DNA of 20,000 bases, from NCBI GenBank assembly GCA_000934665.2, contig JYFJ02001774.1, forward strand, positions 51,393 through 71,392, in the 5' to 3' direction. The notes under the pieces were generated by a model that saw nothing but the letters and a program-made list of their open reading frames with translations, did no database searches and had not been told where the DNA came from. The DNA comes from Catajapyx aquilonaris (taxonomy: Eukaryota). Position 1 is the first letter of the stretch. Each line of letters opens with the position of its first letter. Of this stretch, positions 1-10,816 are shown piece after piece. The position numbers were made by a program, and so were the translations under genes.

Positions 1-315
1 AAAGTCATACGTGTACATTGCAACCGTTTTCTCCTCATAGAAATAATCAGAAATAATTGCCTCATGGTCAAAAATTAGATCTTCGTCCTGCTCGTCATCC
101 ATCTCCAGGTGTTCCAAGCTGGGCCCAATTTTGGTGCCACCAATTTTAAATTGGTGTAGGTGACAATTCCTCCATCCCATTGCATCCTGAATAGCCTCAT
201 GAAGTGACTTAAAGGTGTCATCCTCGGGCACCTGTATGCGGCGCCAGATCGGAGGCTTGGTGTCCTTAAGGGTTATCTTAAACTGGTACACTTCGCTGAA
301 TCCACCACTCTGATT
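1..315 (-). CDS. Unit A domain exon: pRiA4b ORF-3 / MM3350-like (PF07929) domain, continues beyond the window start
   Basis: Manual translation after the acceptor ttctcttctccAG (AG at 317-316): NQSGGFSEVYQFKITLKDTKPPIWRRIQVPEDDTFKSLHEAIQDAMGWRNCHLHQF...AIISDYFYEEKTVAMYTYDF. It is open for 105 codons and absent from the ORF track because it is truncated. Confidence 0.9.
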
Positions 316-770
316 CTGGAGAAGAGAAGTAAATAAAGGTCAGCAGGTGTCGAACTGCACAATTTTTAAAGTTAATCGCATGTAATAGTGAACTGGGAGC
401 TTATTGTTCTGAATCCACCAATGCACTGAAAGCCGTATGTGCCGCAGTCCGACAAACATTATTGTGGCTTTGACAAGTGCCAATCTTAGCTCTCAAATTC
501 TCTCCTGCTTATCGTAATAGTCCCAGGAACACCTTTCAAAGGTTAGCATGACATGGGCATGAACAAACTTCTGGCACGTCTACTCAGTTTCTGCCAACTA
601 GTAATTAAAGCACTTGCACAGATTGTCTCTCACATCATAAGCATCCTGAAAATTCTGAAGAAAACATTTTCTTTTTGTAGACTGATACAGAATGCCTACA
701 AATCCTGCTCAGTACAGTGCCGGACCAAAGAGTGGGCTGGACATAATAGCAGTCCCTAAATGTTTACCTA

Positions 771-917
771 GTTGCCAGGTTAACGCCAGTGCTGCCAATG
801 CCGAAAAATTAACATTTGGGGACAGCTAATATGTCCAGCGCTGGTACAGTGCTGGACACATTATCTGTCTCTTAATGTTTTTCCCCCGTCAGTGACAGCG
901 CTGCATTACCTGGCAAC
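771..917. repeat. Fold-back (palindromic) element, probable MITE
   Basis: GTTGCCAGGT(771) ... ACCTGGCAAC(917), with further imperfect internal pairing (aacattt/aatgtt, gacagctaatatgtccagc/gctggacacattatctgtc). No clear TSD. Confidence 0.55.
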
Positions 918-1376
918 CCCAGCCGGCGGGCCAATTCAAACACCAGCATATGGAGAGTGCTGAGTGTTCTTTCCGTTGTTGCCACTGTTTACAAAGAGCG
1001 AGTGACGCGGACGACCTAGTGACGGGTCTCTGTCTGCTTACACAGTAGCAGCAATGTTAGAAGCAATCCACTTTGGGAAAATTATTCTCAAAGAAAGGTT
1101 TTCGTCCACAGCATCACGAAATATATTCCATCCCTGAGGAGGAGGTGTCAATAAAGATCAGGGGTGTGCTAATTCAAAGTGCGTCAACTGACGGATTCTT
1201 CGTGGCCAGCTTTCTGTCCGATGAGCATCAGACCGACCCGGCCATAAGCTGGCAAAAGTCAGCATGATAAGGTACAAAAATCAAAAGTGACGGTTCCTTG
1301 GAAATGTTGTAAGGTTGCGATAAAGTTACGTTTGGTTGAAATCCATTCATTACATTGAGAAATATTTACTTCCCAT

Positions 1377-1641
1377 AAAGGGCGACACGGTGGCCGAGTG
1401 GTTAGCGCCGCAGCCTTCCACCTCTAAGGTCCCGAGTTCGATCCCCGGGACGGACGGAGGATACTTATGTGGATAGAGTTTCGATGGGTTCTCTCCGTGT
1501 TCGCGTGGGTTTTCTCGGGGTTCTCCCGTTTCCTACCACTATCCATCACATTACAGGCAAATGATTAAAGTCGGGTATTCAAAAGATGATCCCCTAAGAG
1601 GTCCAAGGGGCCTATCACGGGGTATCCATTATTATTATTAT
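1377..1641 (+). mobile_element. tRNA-derived SINE with V-SINE-like central domain, in intron 2 of unit A
   Basis: A box TGGCCGAGTGG (1391), B box GAGTTCGATCCC (about 1434), V-domain-like GTTCTCTCCGTGTTCGCGTGGGTTTTCTCGGGGTTCTCCCGTTTCCTACCAC, (TTA)n tail, and a 14-bp TSD TATTTACTTCCCAT at 1363-1376 and 1642-1655. Confidence 0.9.
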
Positions 1642-1932
1642 TATTTACTTCCCATGGGTCTGATCAGTCACCGGACGGAAAGCTGGCCACGTTCGGTTTA
1701 TGTGTCTTTTCTGCGTAATTCGACCCCCGCTAAAACGAATGGCGACCATGACCTGTATATCAGACACCGTGTCTGTCTCGTAATTTGTCCCCATAAAACG
1801 TCATATTTCAAAAATGACCTCCCCCTATACGAGTAGGCCTACGTCCGTCGATCAGCATCTCTCGCGCAGTCACGGTAGGCGCCGACCATGGCCCGATGTC
1901 TGAACGCACCCTCATAGTATCGGAGTCTTTAC

Positions 1933-2178
1933 CTTCGTGTTGGAAGGTTCCTTGGTCTTCTCTAGTGCCTTAGACGCAGGGACTTTCTTGTCCGCAGTCG
2001 CCTTCTTAGATGACTGTGCCTGACTGGTCCTGCTGGAAGTTCCCTTATTCTCATCTCCATCGGTCGCAGCAGCAGCCTTCTTCCGCGAGGTACTTTTCTT
2101 GGCCGCCTTCGAGCCTCCTCCTGCCTCCCCATCTTCCTCTGTGCTCCTTGATGCTGCTGCCCTTTTGCGAGGACCCAT
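1933..2178 (-). CDS. Unit A leader exon: 82-aa Lys/Ala/Ser-rich, NLS-like peptide, spliced in phase 0 to 315
   Basis: Acceptor tttcAG at 2196-2195, ATG at 2178, MGPRKRAAASRSTEEDGEAGGGSKAAKK...EPSNTK, then AAG|GTAAAG donor at 1932. Length 246 nt, in frame with the domain exon. Confidence 0.8.
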
Positions 2179-2324
2179 CTTCCCTTACTCGCACCTGAAA
2201 TTGGGCAGTAATTCAATGCCTTACATACACATCCATTGTTTGGACATGTTCCCCACTATAGCCCTAGTTTTTTTTTTTTTTCTTCCTTCCCTCCTGCCTT
2301 GTATCGGCCTCGTCTGTCACCCAC

Positions 2325-2530
2325 CTGTTCCTCCGATGTCTCAGGCACCAGCCGGTACACGGTATGGCCCTCTGGAGCTGCTTCGTTGGGACGGGACAGG
2401 CGGGAAAAGACGAGTCGGACGGAGCAAGACAACGTGCCAAAGACGGACACTCCGAAGCAGACCGTTATTAGCGTATCTGTTACTTCCCCAGTTCCCAATC
2501 GCGGTGAATGCAAGTAGCTGCTCCTTGTAA
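2325..2530 (-). other. Unit A upstream non-coding exon / promoter region
   Basis: Conserved donor CAG|GTGGGT at 2324. Homologous blocks with the same donor lie at 8461+, 12003+ and 17216+. The reading frame is not conserved between copies. The upstream limit is uncertain. Confidence 0.55.
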
Positions 2531-3090
2531 CTATTCAAGGAAACATTGGCAAAATATTACAGAGTCACTTATTCTGTAAGTATATACCTTTTTGATTCTA
2601 CAGCTGGTACATACAAGTTCAGTTCTTTGCCCGACACAGTGAGGCAAGTATGCTTTACATTTCTCGGTACGTACAATTCTGACTGGGCACGTAACAACAT
2701 ACACTCACTTGACAATATAGAAGTGAAAGTAAACATTGGCTGTACTGCAACTAAAGCAATGCATGATAACACAACAGGACAAATCCTTTTTGTCCCATCC
2801 AAATAATAATACAAAAAATGATAGGCAAGAAAAGTTGCGAAAAGTGTGGTGATGAGTGTATGATCAATAACAACGGCACTTTCATTTAGGGGTTTAAAAA
2901 AAAGTCTTTGCAGTTTGAATGATTTTTCATTACTTTCAGCTCATATGTGGTTGGAGACCTAAAACTCCCAAACAATGAAGTACTGCAGCATGATCTCTCT
3001 GGAACAGTCTTATGATAGAAACATTTTAACTGCACTGAATCTCAAAGATGAATTATGGGCATGAAAATTAATAATTTGAAAAAATTATTA

Positions 3091-3135
3091 TTATCTTGAA
3101 CTGGTACATTTTCCTGAATCCATCACTTTGAAAAA
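3091..3135 (-). pseudogene. Unit B remnant: only the first few codons of the domain exon
   Basis: ttatcttgaactggtacattttcctgaatccatcactttgaaaa matches the exon start of the other copies. It is flanked by homologous 3'UTR (about 2560-3085) and intron (about 3135-3790) sequence. Confidence 0.7.
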
Positions 3136-4518
3136 TATTTATTACAAAAAATTATGATTAGAAACACTTGTCACCATTCAATTCACTGGATCTGTCTTTG
3201 CCAATGCATACACTTTGCAAGATACTAGCTTAACCTAGCCTCTCGCCCATTGACTGATATGTTCATCAAATGGCTTACATTGCTGACCAGCAAGTATATT
3301 TCAAATAGTGTTCAGAGCTTGTTGGTACAGGCATACGCGGTCGCCACTCGAAATTATACAAAACATATTTGCACTCTCGGCCAGTCATGAGGTGATGGAT
3401 GGAGTAGCCTTAATTGTGTTGGCATTGCTGCATGGCTTTTGGGTGACCGCACCAGTACTGTCCTTTATTGTGGCCATTCCAAACACTGCATGCCGAAATG
3501 CCAGGTTTTTTCAATTATTTGCGAGCAATAGTGAGCTAGGTGCTTGTCAGTCATGAATCCACCAATGTACTGAGAGTATTGTGCCACAGTCCAACGAACA
3601 TTATTGTGGCTTTGTCGAGTACCTAGCTTATTAGCTACGCAGCATTCAAATTCCCCTCGTTCTTCATACCAGTTCCAGGAATGCACCTCAATGGTTCAAG
3701 TAACAGGGGCATGAACAAACTTCCCTTCTCACCTGGCAATGAACAATTTGCTACATTACCAACATGTATGCACACGACAGGACAATTACATTGGACTTGT
3801 TTGCTACCAAACACTACTTTCTGGTACATTTTCATTTTGCCACATCGACTAGTTTATTTGTAGTAACTGCTACTTGTCACTGTTCAATGACAGATGGACA
3901 AACAAGCACACAAATAAACATTGCCTTTTACAACACTGTTTGGGTCCTGGCAGCCCATAAGAAGGGAGAGGATCATTGCTCAGTTATGGCACACTTCTAA
4001 GGAGAATTGTACGGAAGTCACAAGGAGTGGCAGGAAGTATCAAACCTTGCCTCGAACTGTGCAAAAGTCGCCTATTCTTTATTGTCACCTTTTGATTCAA
4101 TAGAAGTACATTTTAAGCTCAGTTTTTGTCCAGCACAGTAACATAAGTGCACTTTACAACTCTGTACCTATGCCTGGGCAGCCAGACATGTGGTAAGAAT
4201 AACATACACTCATTTGACAATGGAAGCGAAAGTACACACTGGCTGTACTCCAACTACAGCAATGTAACAGCATGTTACCTTGAGTCTATAATGAAACAAT
4301 TCCTTTTTTTCATCCAAATAATTATACAAAATAATGATAGTAAAAAAAAAGTTGAGAATAAATACTGCAGTGATGAATAATCATGAGCAGTAACAATTTA
4401 GAAGGGAAAAAAAGAAGAAGAAAAAAATCCCGCTACACCTTCAGCTCACGCTTGGTAGGGGAATCTTGGAATCACTAGCAGTATGATCTCTCTGGACTCG
4501 TCATATGAACAAAACATT

Positions 4519-5097
4519 TTAACACCTGCAGACATGCTCAGCATCGAAAAACTCTGGATCATACCCTGGCCGCAAATCTTCCAGCCATTCCATCAGTTCC
4601 TTCTTCTCGTCATCTCGAGACTCTGGAGGTGTATTTATCATCTTCAGAAGGTTAGTGTAACCATAGGTGCCTCCAACATCCTCAGGAGGACAAGCCCTTG
4701 CACCATCAATGCACCTGGGATACACCTGGTTGGGGTCAGCCTCAACAGCTTTCTCAAACACGACCTGATGCTCCCAACCGTCACCGAAGTCATACCGTAT
4801 TGCAACCGTATTCTCATCAAGGAAATTATCAGGAATTATTGCATCATGCTCAGAAATCTGCTCGTCATCCAGCTCCTCGTCGTCCATCACCATACCAATT
4901 TTGGTGCTATTATAAAAGTAAAATTGGTGCAAGTGGCACTCGTCCCATCCCATTGCATCCTGAATGGCGTCATGGAGTGACTGGAAAGTATAATCCTCTG
5001 GCACTTGTATTCGGCGCCAGATCAGAGGCTTGATTCCCAGGAGGGTTATCTTAAACTGGCACACTTTGCTGAATCCACCACTCTGAAAAACATTCAT
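4519..5097 (-). CDS. Unit C: pRiA4b ORF-3 family domain with no leader exon of its own and an altered C-terminus
   Basis: 192-aa ORF with IWRRIQVP, LHDAIQDAMGW..HLHQF, YDFGDGWEH and CIDGARACPPEDVGG. Acceptor tttttcAG at 5084-5083 (phase 0) or an in-frame ATG at 5097. A 3' deletion joins the last codons to the UTR. Confidence 0.8.
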   Translation of the reverse strand: MNVFQSGGFSKVCQFKITLLGIKPLIWRRIQVPEDYTFQSLHDAIQDAMGWDECHLHQFYFYNSTKIGMVMDDEELDDEQISEHDAIIPDNFLDENTVAIRYDFGDGWEHQVVFEKAVEADPNQVYPRCIDGARACPPEDVGGTYGYTNLLKMINTPPESRDDEKKELMEWLEDLRPGYDPEFFDAEHVCRC

Positions 5098-5452
5098 GAC
5101 AAGAAATCAAGTTATTTGCGAGCAATAGTGAGCTGGGTGCTTATTGTGGGTCATGAATCCACCACGGTACCGTATTATATGCTGCAGCCCAACGAACATT
5201 ATTGTGGCTTTGCCAAGTGCCCCACGTCCTTCATAACACTACCAGGAACGCACCTCAACTGTTTTCATGACGGGGCATGAACAAACTTCCCTTCTCACCC
5301 GGCAATCAACAGTTTGCTACTTTGCCAAAATGTACGCAGATGACAGGATAATTAGTAACTGCTACTTGCCACTGCTCAATGACACCTGGGCAAACAAACA
5401 AACAAACCCATCCCAACTGCAATGACTGCAATTGACAAGTAAAAGTCAATTA

Positions 5453-5458
5453 TTTATT
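5453..5458 (-). terminator. Putative polyadenylation signal AATAAA for unit D
   Basis: TTTATT on + in a conserved context. Equivalent sites occur at 4078-4083, 8957-8962, 12567-12572 and 17719-17724, about 0.65-0.7 kb after the stop in units D, E and H. Confidence 0.6.
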
Positions 5459-6151
5459 GCTGACATTTGATTCAAGAGGGGTACAAGTACTTTTAAGTAC
5501 AATTCTTACCCAGAACAGTAACATAAGTAGGGTTACATTTCTCCGTACGTACCGCTCTGGGCAGGGCAGTCACACAAGTGGCGACTTACACTCAAGTGAC
5601 AAAATTGGACCATACAAAAGTATCAAAAATTGTGACAAAATAATGCCGCTAAGGCACTAATGCAACTAGGTATGAATCCCGAAGGCTATAACAAAGCAAC
5701 CCGTTTTATTATCCTCTCGAAATAAAAGACACATGTGACGATAAAGAAAAGTCGGGAGAAAATACTGTAGTAATGAATAATCAAAAGGAGTAACTATAGG
5801 GCACATTCACTTAGGAAAATGAACATTTCTTTAAACTTTGAACAAATCTCACTGAAACCTTTCAGCTCAAAGTGTATTTGATTGGGACCTGAAACTTCCA
5901 AACAATGAAACACTGGAGTATAATCTCTCCAGACATGTCTTATGAACAAATCATTTTAACAACTGCACTGACAGTGAGTCTTAAATCATGTGAGTAAGGG
6001 AATCAATAACTTAAAAGCAACATGAGAAACAAATACCCTTTGTATCAATTCTTCTGGAACTGACTTCACCTTTTATAACTGTCCATTACAATTGTAGTGT
6101 ATGGATCCACCCAACTGGTCTCATCACTTCTCCATCTTCTCTTGTGGGTAT

Positions 6152-6736
6152 TTAGAGACCTCCAGTCTTGCTATCTCGAAATTTGACTTGCGTAGCATCG
6201 AAGAAATCTGGATCATACCCTGGCCGCCACTTTTCCAGCCAGTCCATCAGTTCCTTCATCTCTTCATTTCGAGATTCTGGAGGTGTATTCATCACCATCC
6301 GAAGGGGGTAACCAGAGACGCCTTGAATATCCTCGGGAGGACAAGCCATCTGGCCATCAATGCACCTAGGATACGCTTGCTTTGGGTCAGCCTGAACAGC
6401 TTTCTCGAACAAGACCTTATGCTCCCATGAGGCACCCAAGTCATACTCGTACATTGCAAACATATTCTCTGCATAGAAATAATCAGAAATAATTGCATCC
6501 CGGTCATAAATCTTCCCCTCGTCCAGCACATCGTCTTCGAAGGAGGCTTCAATTTCGGTGCCATCACCAAATTCAAAGTGGTACAGGTGATAGTCCTCCC
6601 ATCCCATTGCATCCTGAATGGCCTGATGGAGTGATTTGAATGTGTAATTCTCTGGCACCTGCATGCGACGCCAGATCTGAGGCTTCAGGTGCATCAGGGT
6701 TATCTTAAACTGGTACACCTTGGTGAATCCACTACT
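6152..6736 (-). CDS. Unit D domain exon: pRiA4b ORF-3 family domain (predicted spliced protein about 218 aa)
   Basis: Acceptor gtctttcAG (6738-6737), then SSGFTKVYQFKITL... with the family motifs present; stop at 6152. Confidence 0.88.
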   Translation of the reverse strand, partial: SSGFTKVYQFKITLMHLKPQIWRRMQVPENYTFKSLHQAIQDAMGWEDYHLYHFEFGDGTEIEASFEDDVLDEGKIYDRDAIISDYFYAENMFAMYEYDLGASWEHKVLFEKAVQADPKQAYPRCIDGQMACPPEDIQGVSGYPLRMVMNTPPESRNEEMKELMDWLEKWRPGYDPDFFDATQVKFRDSKTGGL

Positions 6737-6902
6737 CTGAAAGACATTTATTACAATAGATTCTGATTAGAAACACACTGTCTCAGCACAATTTGATTAC
6801 TTTCATACTTTGATTGGATCCTTCTTTGCCAGTGCACACACTTTGCAAGACCTAACTTACTGTGGGTCATGCATCTGCCAATGTACTGTACACTACATCT
6901 TC

Positions 6903-7040
6903 GGCTGCATTTACATGTGAGCAATATATTTGATGAGCTATGTGCAGCGATGAGCATCGCTGAATGAAGAAACCAATTGCTTGGGAGTGAAATGTGATTG
7001 TTAATTTCGCCCAATACAAAAGGATTCATACATTCGCTCC
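6903..7040. mobile_element. Truncated, diverged PIF/Harbinger-like MITE copy
   Basis: GGCTGCATTTACATGTGAGC terminus and internal similarity to 7865-8063. It ends at the adjacent SINE. Confidence 0.5.
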
Positions 7041-7046
7041 CATGTA

Positions 7047-7382
7047 GGCGGAGTGGTGCTGCGGTAACGTATGCGCCCACGGATGTTAAGGTCCCGGGTT
7101 CGATCCCAACCCGGGGACACCCCCTTCATCTCGTGCAGAGTTCAGGGTCACCTCTGGCTTCGTCTCGCGTGGTATTTCCACAGACTAAACCACCCGGGGG
7201 AGTTCACTAAAAATGGCCACGTTTAAGACATCGCACTGCACCTTGCACATCCCCTCCTGTCATCCTGCCCGTTGGCCCGGGCGTTACGTATAAAGGTTCC
7301 CATATATGTATGAGACATAAATAAAGATCCGTGCTACATGCCTCTGATGAGGTCAAGCACTACCCGGATTATTATTATTATT
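7047..7382 (+). mobile_element. tRNA-derived SINE (second family) in intron 2 of unit D
   Basis: A-box-like TGGTGCTGCGG, B box GGTTCGATCCC (about 7097), unrelated body and an (ATT)n tail at 7368-7382. No TSD seen. Confidence 0.75.
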
Positions 7383-7864
7383 GGCATTCAACTTTGCCTT
7401 GTTCTTAATAACAGTACCAGACATGCGTGACAGGGGCATGAACAAACTCCCCTTCTCATCCAGCAATCAACAATTTGCAACGTTGCCAACATGTCAGCAG
7501 TGCCCAACCTGTTGCCCACCCCTCACTGCTCCGAGGCATTATGATAAATTTTCTTACAGATCTTCTGCCATTTCTAGGCAGTCTCAGCCAAGTAGTAGAA
7601 AATACTGTCCCTGCACAAACTAATTTTCTCTCACATCCTAAATATCCTGAAAATTCTGTAGCACACACATCCCTTTTGCAGACTTGATAAGCCTTCCTAC
7701 AAATCCTGCTCAGTACGGCTCTCAGTAGCCTACTTCCTGATATTTAACAAGATTAGTGAATTTGTCTGCACTCTGTGCAAATCTCCAGTTGGTCAGGAAC
7801 ATATGGAAAAATTATTGTCTAAACAACTCTGCAATCCACTTGAAAAGTTCAGCCACTGGCATAA

Positions 7865-8063
7865 AGGTGCGTTTACATGTGAGCGATTTGATCGCGCGAT
7901 GTCATCGCCGAGCGATAACAACACTGAGTAACCAGTATTGTTTGAGTCGAAACTCAATTGTTACTTTCACCGGCTCGAACAACATTGGTTACTCGGATTA
8001 CTCAGCATTGTTATCGCTCAGCGAAGACTACGCCCGCCAAGTCGCCCACATGTAAATGCACAG
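7865..8063. mobile_element. PIF/Harbinger-like MITE
   Basis: TIRs AGGTGCGTTTACATGTGAGCGATTTG / CAAGTCGCCCACATGTAAATGCAC, inner inverted repeats (cgccgagcgataac / gttatcgctcagcg), preceded by TAA. Confidence 0.7.
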
Positions 8064-8237
8064 TCTTTACTTACCTTACGTACCTATTAGCCCCAAGCAT
8101 GCTTTTCAAATGGACGAATGAACATGCACCAGTTCATTACATAAAAGCACATTTCAGATGACAGGATAATTATTTTTGACTTATTTCTGGTGCATTTTTC
8201 ATTCGCCATGCCGACGCACAGACTTGTACCCGCTTGC

Positions 8238-8309
8238 CTTTGGCTTTGGTGGTTTCCCGGCAGTAGGGGCTTTCTTTCCTGCGGTGACCTTCTCAGCAGC
8301 CATTGCCAT
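8238..8309 (-). CDS. Unit D leader exon, 24 aa (MAMAAEKVTAGKKAPTAGKPPKPK)
   Basis: Same tttcAG|GTGCGAGTAAG-ATG context as the other units (acceptor 8322-8321). It ends at the homologous KPK codon, followed by a GC-type donor AAG|GCAAGC. Confidence 0.65.
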
Positions 8310-9640
8310 CTTACTCGCACCTGAAATTAATTGCCCAGCAATTGAAGTGCCTATAATCATTATGTTCATACACATGTCCCCACTAGGCCTAGTCCATGTC
8401 TTTCCCTCCTCTACAACTATCACCTCCAGACCCGGGCAACGACCCCGTCTCCTTACCCACCTGTTCCTCCGATGTGTCAGGCAGCAGCCGGTACAGGTAT
8501 GGCCCTCGGGAGCTGCTCTGGTGAGACGGAATCTGGACGGAATTGAACAGACCTTGGAAAAGACAAAGAGCGTGACCAACATGTGCTCGGACACAGACCG
8601 TGAGCGTAGCTGTTCATTCCCCCCGATAACGATTATTAAGAGTAACTGCTACTTGCCACTGCTCAATGACACCTGGACAAACAAACAGATAAACAAACTT
8701 TACCATTGGCAACACTATAGATGTAGGCACCCTTTGGGGCAAGAAAAGAGGCTCATTGCTCAATAATTATGGCTGACTTTGTACTGTACGGAGCGGTTTT
8801 GGCAGGAAATAAAAACTTTGCCTCGAAGCTTATATACCTACAACACTGCTATGGCCAATTAATTATTTAATTACCGGTACTTCCTGAATTGTTGGGAATC
8901 TCCACCTGCACCCTTTTCCCATCCCAACTGCAATATTGACAAGTAGAAGTCAATTCTTTATTGTTACCTTCTGATTCAATAGATTCTAGGTACATTTTGT
9001 AAGTTCGCAGTTCTTGCCCAGCATAGTAACATAAGTACGCTTTACATATCTGTATGTATCACTCCGACTGGGCAGGCATATGTGGTGATGTACAGTTGTA
9101 GTCAGTACACTCACTTGACAATAGAAGTGAAAGTAAACACTGGCTGTATTGCAACTAGTATAACAGCATGATGTAACCCTAAATAATCTATAATGAAACA
9201 ATTCCTTTAGTTTTATCCAAATAATTATACAAATTATAATTAGTCAAAAAAAAAGGTCAAGAAAAAATAGTGTGGTCTTGAGTCATAAGGAGCAGTAACC
9301 AGCAATTAAGGCACTTTCATTTAGGGGAAAAAATTATTTTTCTTTGTATGGTTTGAACGAATGTTATTGCACTACGTTCATCCTTAGAGACTCGAATATC
9401 TCCCAAACATGGAAGCCCTGCAGTAAACATTTTAACAGCACTAACTCTCAAACATAAATAATGGGCATGAGAATAACTTGAAATAATAAGCATAAGAAAA
9501 CAAATGCACTTTAAACCCATTTTTCTGAAACTGACTGTAACTTCACCTCTGAATATAACTCATCTCCATTGCAGATGAAAATATACTGGATAGATCCACC
9601 CAACTGGTCTCACGACCTTTGCCTCTTCTCCTGTGCGCAT

Positions 9641-10816
9641 TTAGCGACCTCCAATCCGGCTATCTCGAAAGTTGACATGCTGAGCATCGAAAAAATCTGG
9701 ATCATACCCTGGCCGCATATCTTCCAGCCATTCCATCAGTTCCTTCTTCTCATCATCTCGAGACTCTGGAGGTGTCTTCATTACCTTCAGAAGGCGCTTG
9801 TAACCGTAGGTGCCTCCAGCGTCCTCAGGAGGGCAAGCCCTCCTACCATCAATGCACCTGGGATACACCTGCTTTGGGTCAGCCTTAACAGCTTTCTCGA
9901 ACACGACCTTATGCTCCCATGAGTCACCAAAGTCATACTCGTACATCGCAACCATATTCTCCTCATAGAAATAATCAGAAATGATTTCATCATGGTCATA
10001 AATCTTCTCCTCATCCCACACCTCGTCATCCAACAGCATATCAATTTTGGTGCCGTCATCCAAGTCAAATTGGTGCAGATGATAATCCTCCCATCCCATC
10101 GCATCCTGAATGGCCTCATGGAGCGAATAGAAAGTGTAATTCTCTGGTACTTGTATACGGCGCCAGATCCGAGGCTTGGCGCCCAGAAGGGTTATCTTAA
10201 ACTGGTATACTCTCAGGTTCACTTTTCTGAATCCACTCCTGATATCTCGAAAATTGACACGCTCAGCATCGAAGAAATCTGGATTATACCCTGGCCGATA
10301 CCGTTTCAGCCAGTCCATCAGTTCCTTCATGTCTTCGTCTCGATACTTGGGAGGTGTCTTCATTACCTTCAGAAGGTGCTTGTAACCATAGGTGCCTCCA
10401 GCGTCCTCAGGAGGGCAAGCCCTTCTACCACCAAGGCATCTGGGATACACCTGCTTCGGGTCAGCTTGAACAACATTCTCAAACAAGACCTTATGCTTCC
10501 ATAAGTCACCAAAGTCATACTCGTACATTGCAACCATATTCTCCTCACAGAAATAATCAGAAATTATTGCATCATGGTCATAAATCTTCTCCTCATCCCA
10601 CACCTCGTCGTCCAACAGCATATCAATTTTGGTGCCGTCATCCAAATCAAATTGGTGCAGATGATAATCCTCCCATCCCATCGCATCCTGAATGGCCTCA
10701 TGGAGCGAATAGAAAGTGTAATTCTCTGGCACTTGTATACGGCGCCAGATCCGAGGCTTGGCGCCCAGAAGGGTTATCTTAAACTGGTACACTTTGCTGA
10801 ATCCACCACTCTGATT
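9641..10816 (-). CDS. Unit E domain exon: two tandem pRiA4b ORF-3 domains in one ORF (predicted spliced protein about 428 aa)
   Basis: Acceptor ttttccAG (10818-10817). VYQFKITL occurs at 10792 and 10210 (582-bp period). The ORF is uninterrupted and both halves carry all motifs. Confidence 0.9.
   Translation of the reverse strand, partial: NQSGGFSKVYQFKITLLGAKPRIWRRIQVPENYTFYSLHEAIQDAMGWEDYHLHQFDLDDGTKIDMLLDDEVWDEEKIYDHDAIISDYFCEENMVAMYEYDFGDLWKHKVLFENVVQADPKQVYPRCLGGRRACPPEDAGGTYGYKHLLKVMKTPPKYRDEDMKELMDWLKRYRPGYNPDFFDAERVNFRDIRSGFRKVNLRVYQFKITLLGAKPRIWRRIQVPENYTFYSLHEAIQDAMGWEDYHLHQFDLDDGTKIDMLLDDEVWDEEKIYDHDEIISDYFYEENMVAMYEYDFGDSWEHKVVFEKAVKADPKQVYPRCIDGRRACPPEDAGGTYGYKRLLKVMKTPPESRDDEKKELMEWLEDMRPGYDPDFFDAQHVNFRDSRIGGR

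Noticed and set aside
1381..1450. tRNA genes here and at about 7047-7120
   Set aside because: The A/B boxes run into SINE bodies and (TTA)n tails, and I could not build a convincing cloverleaf.
2256..2513. Coding role for the upstream exon (APEGHT / SPEGDT peptides at about 2370, 8500 and 12045)
   Set aside because: The frame differs between copies, and splicing to the next exon gives a stop or is out of frame with the ATG. Treated as 5'UTR.
7340..7370. CTGATGAG as a hammerhead ribozyme core
   Set aside because: There is no following stem II plus GAAA motif; it is the 3' end of a SINE.
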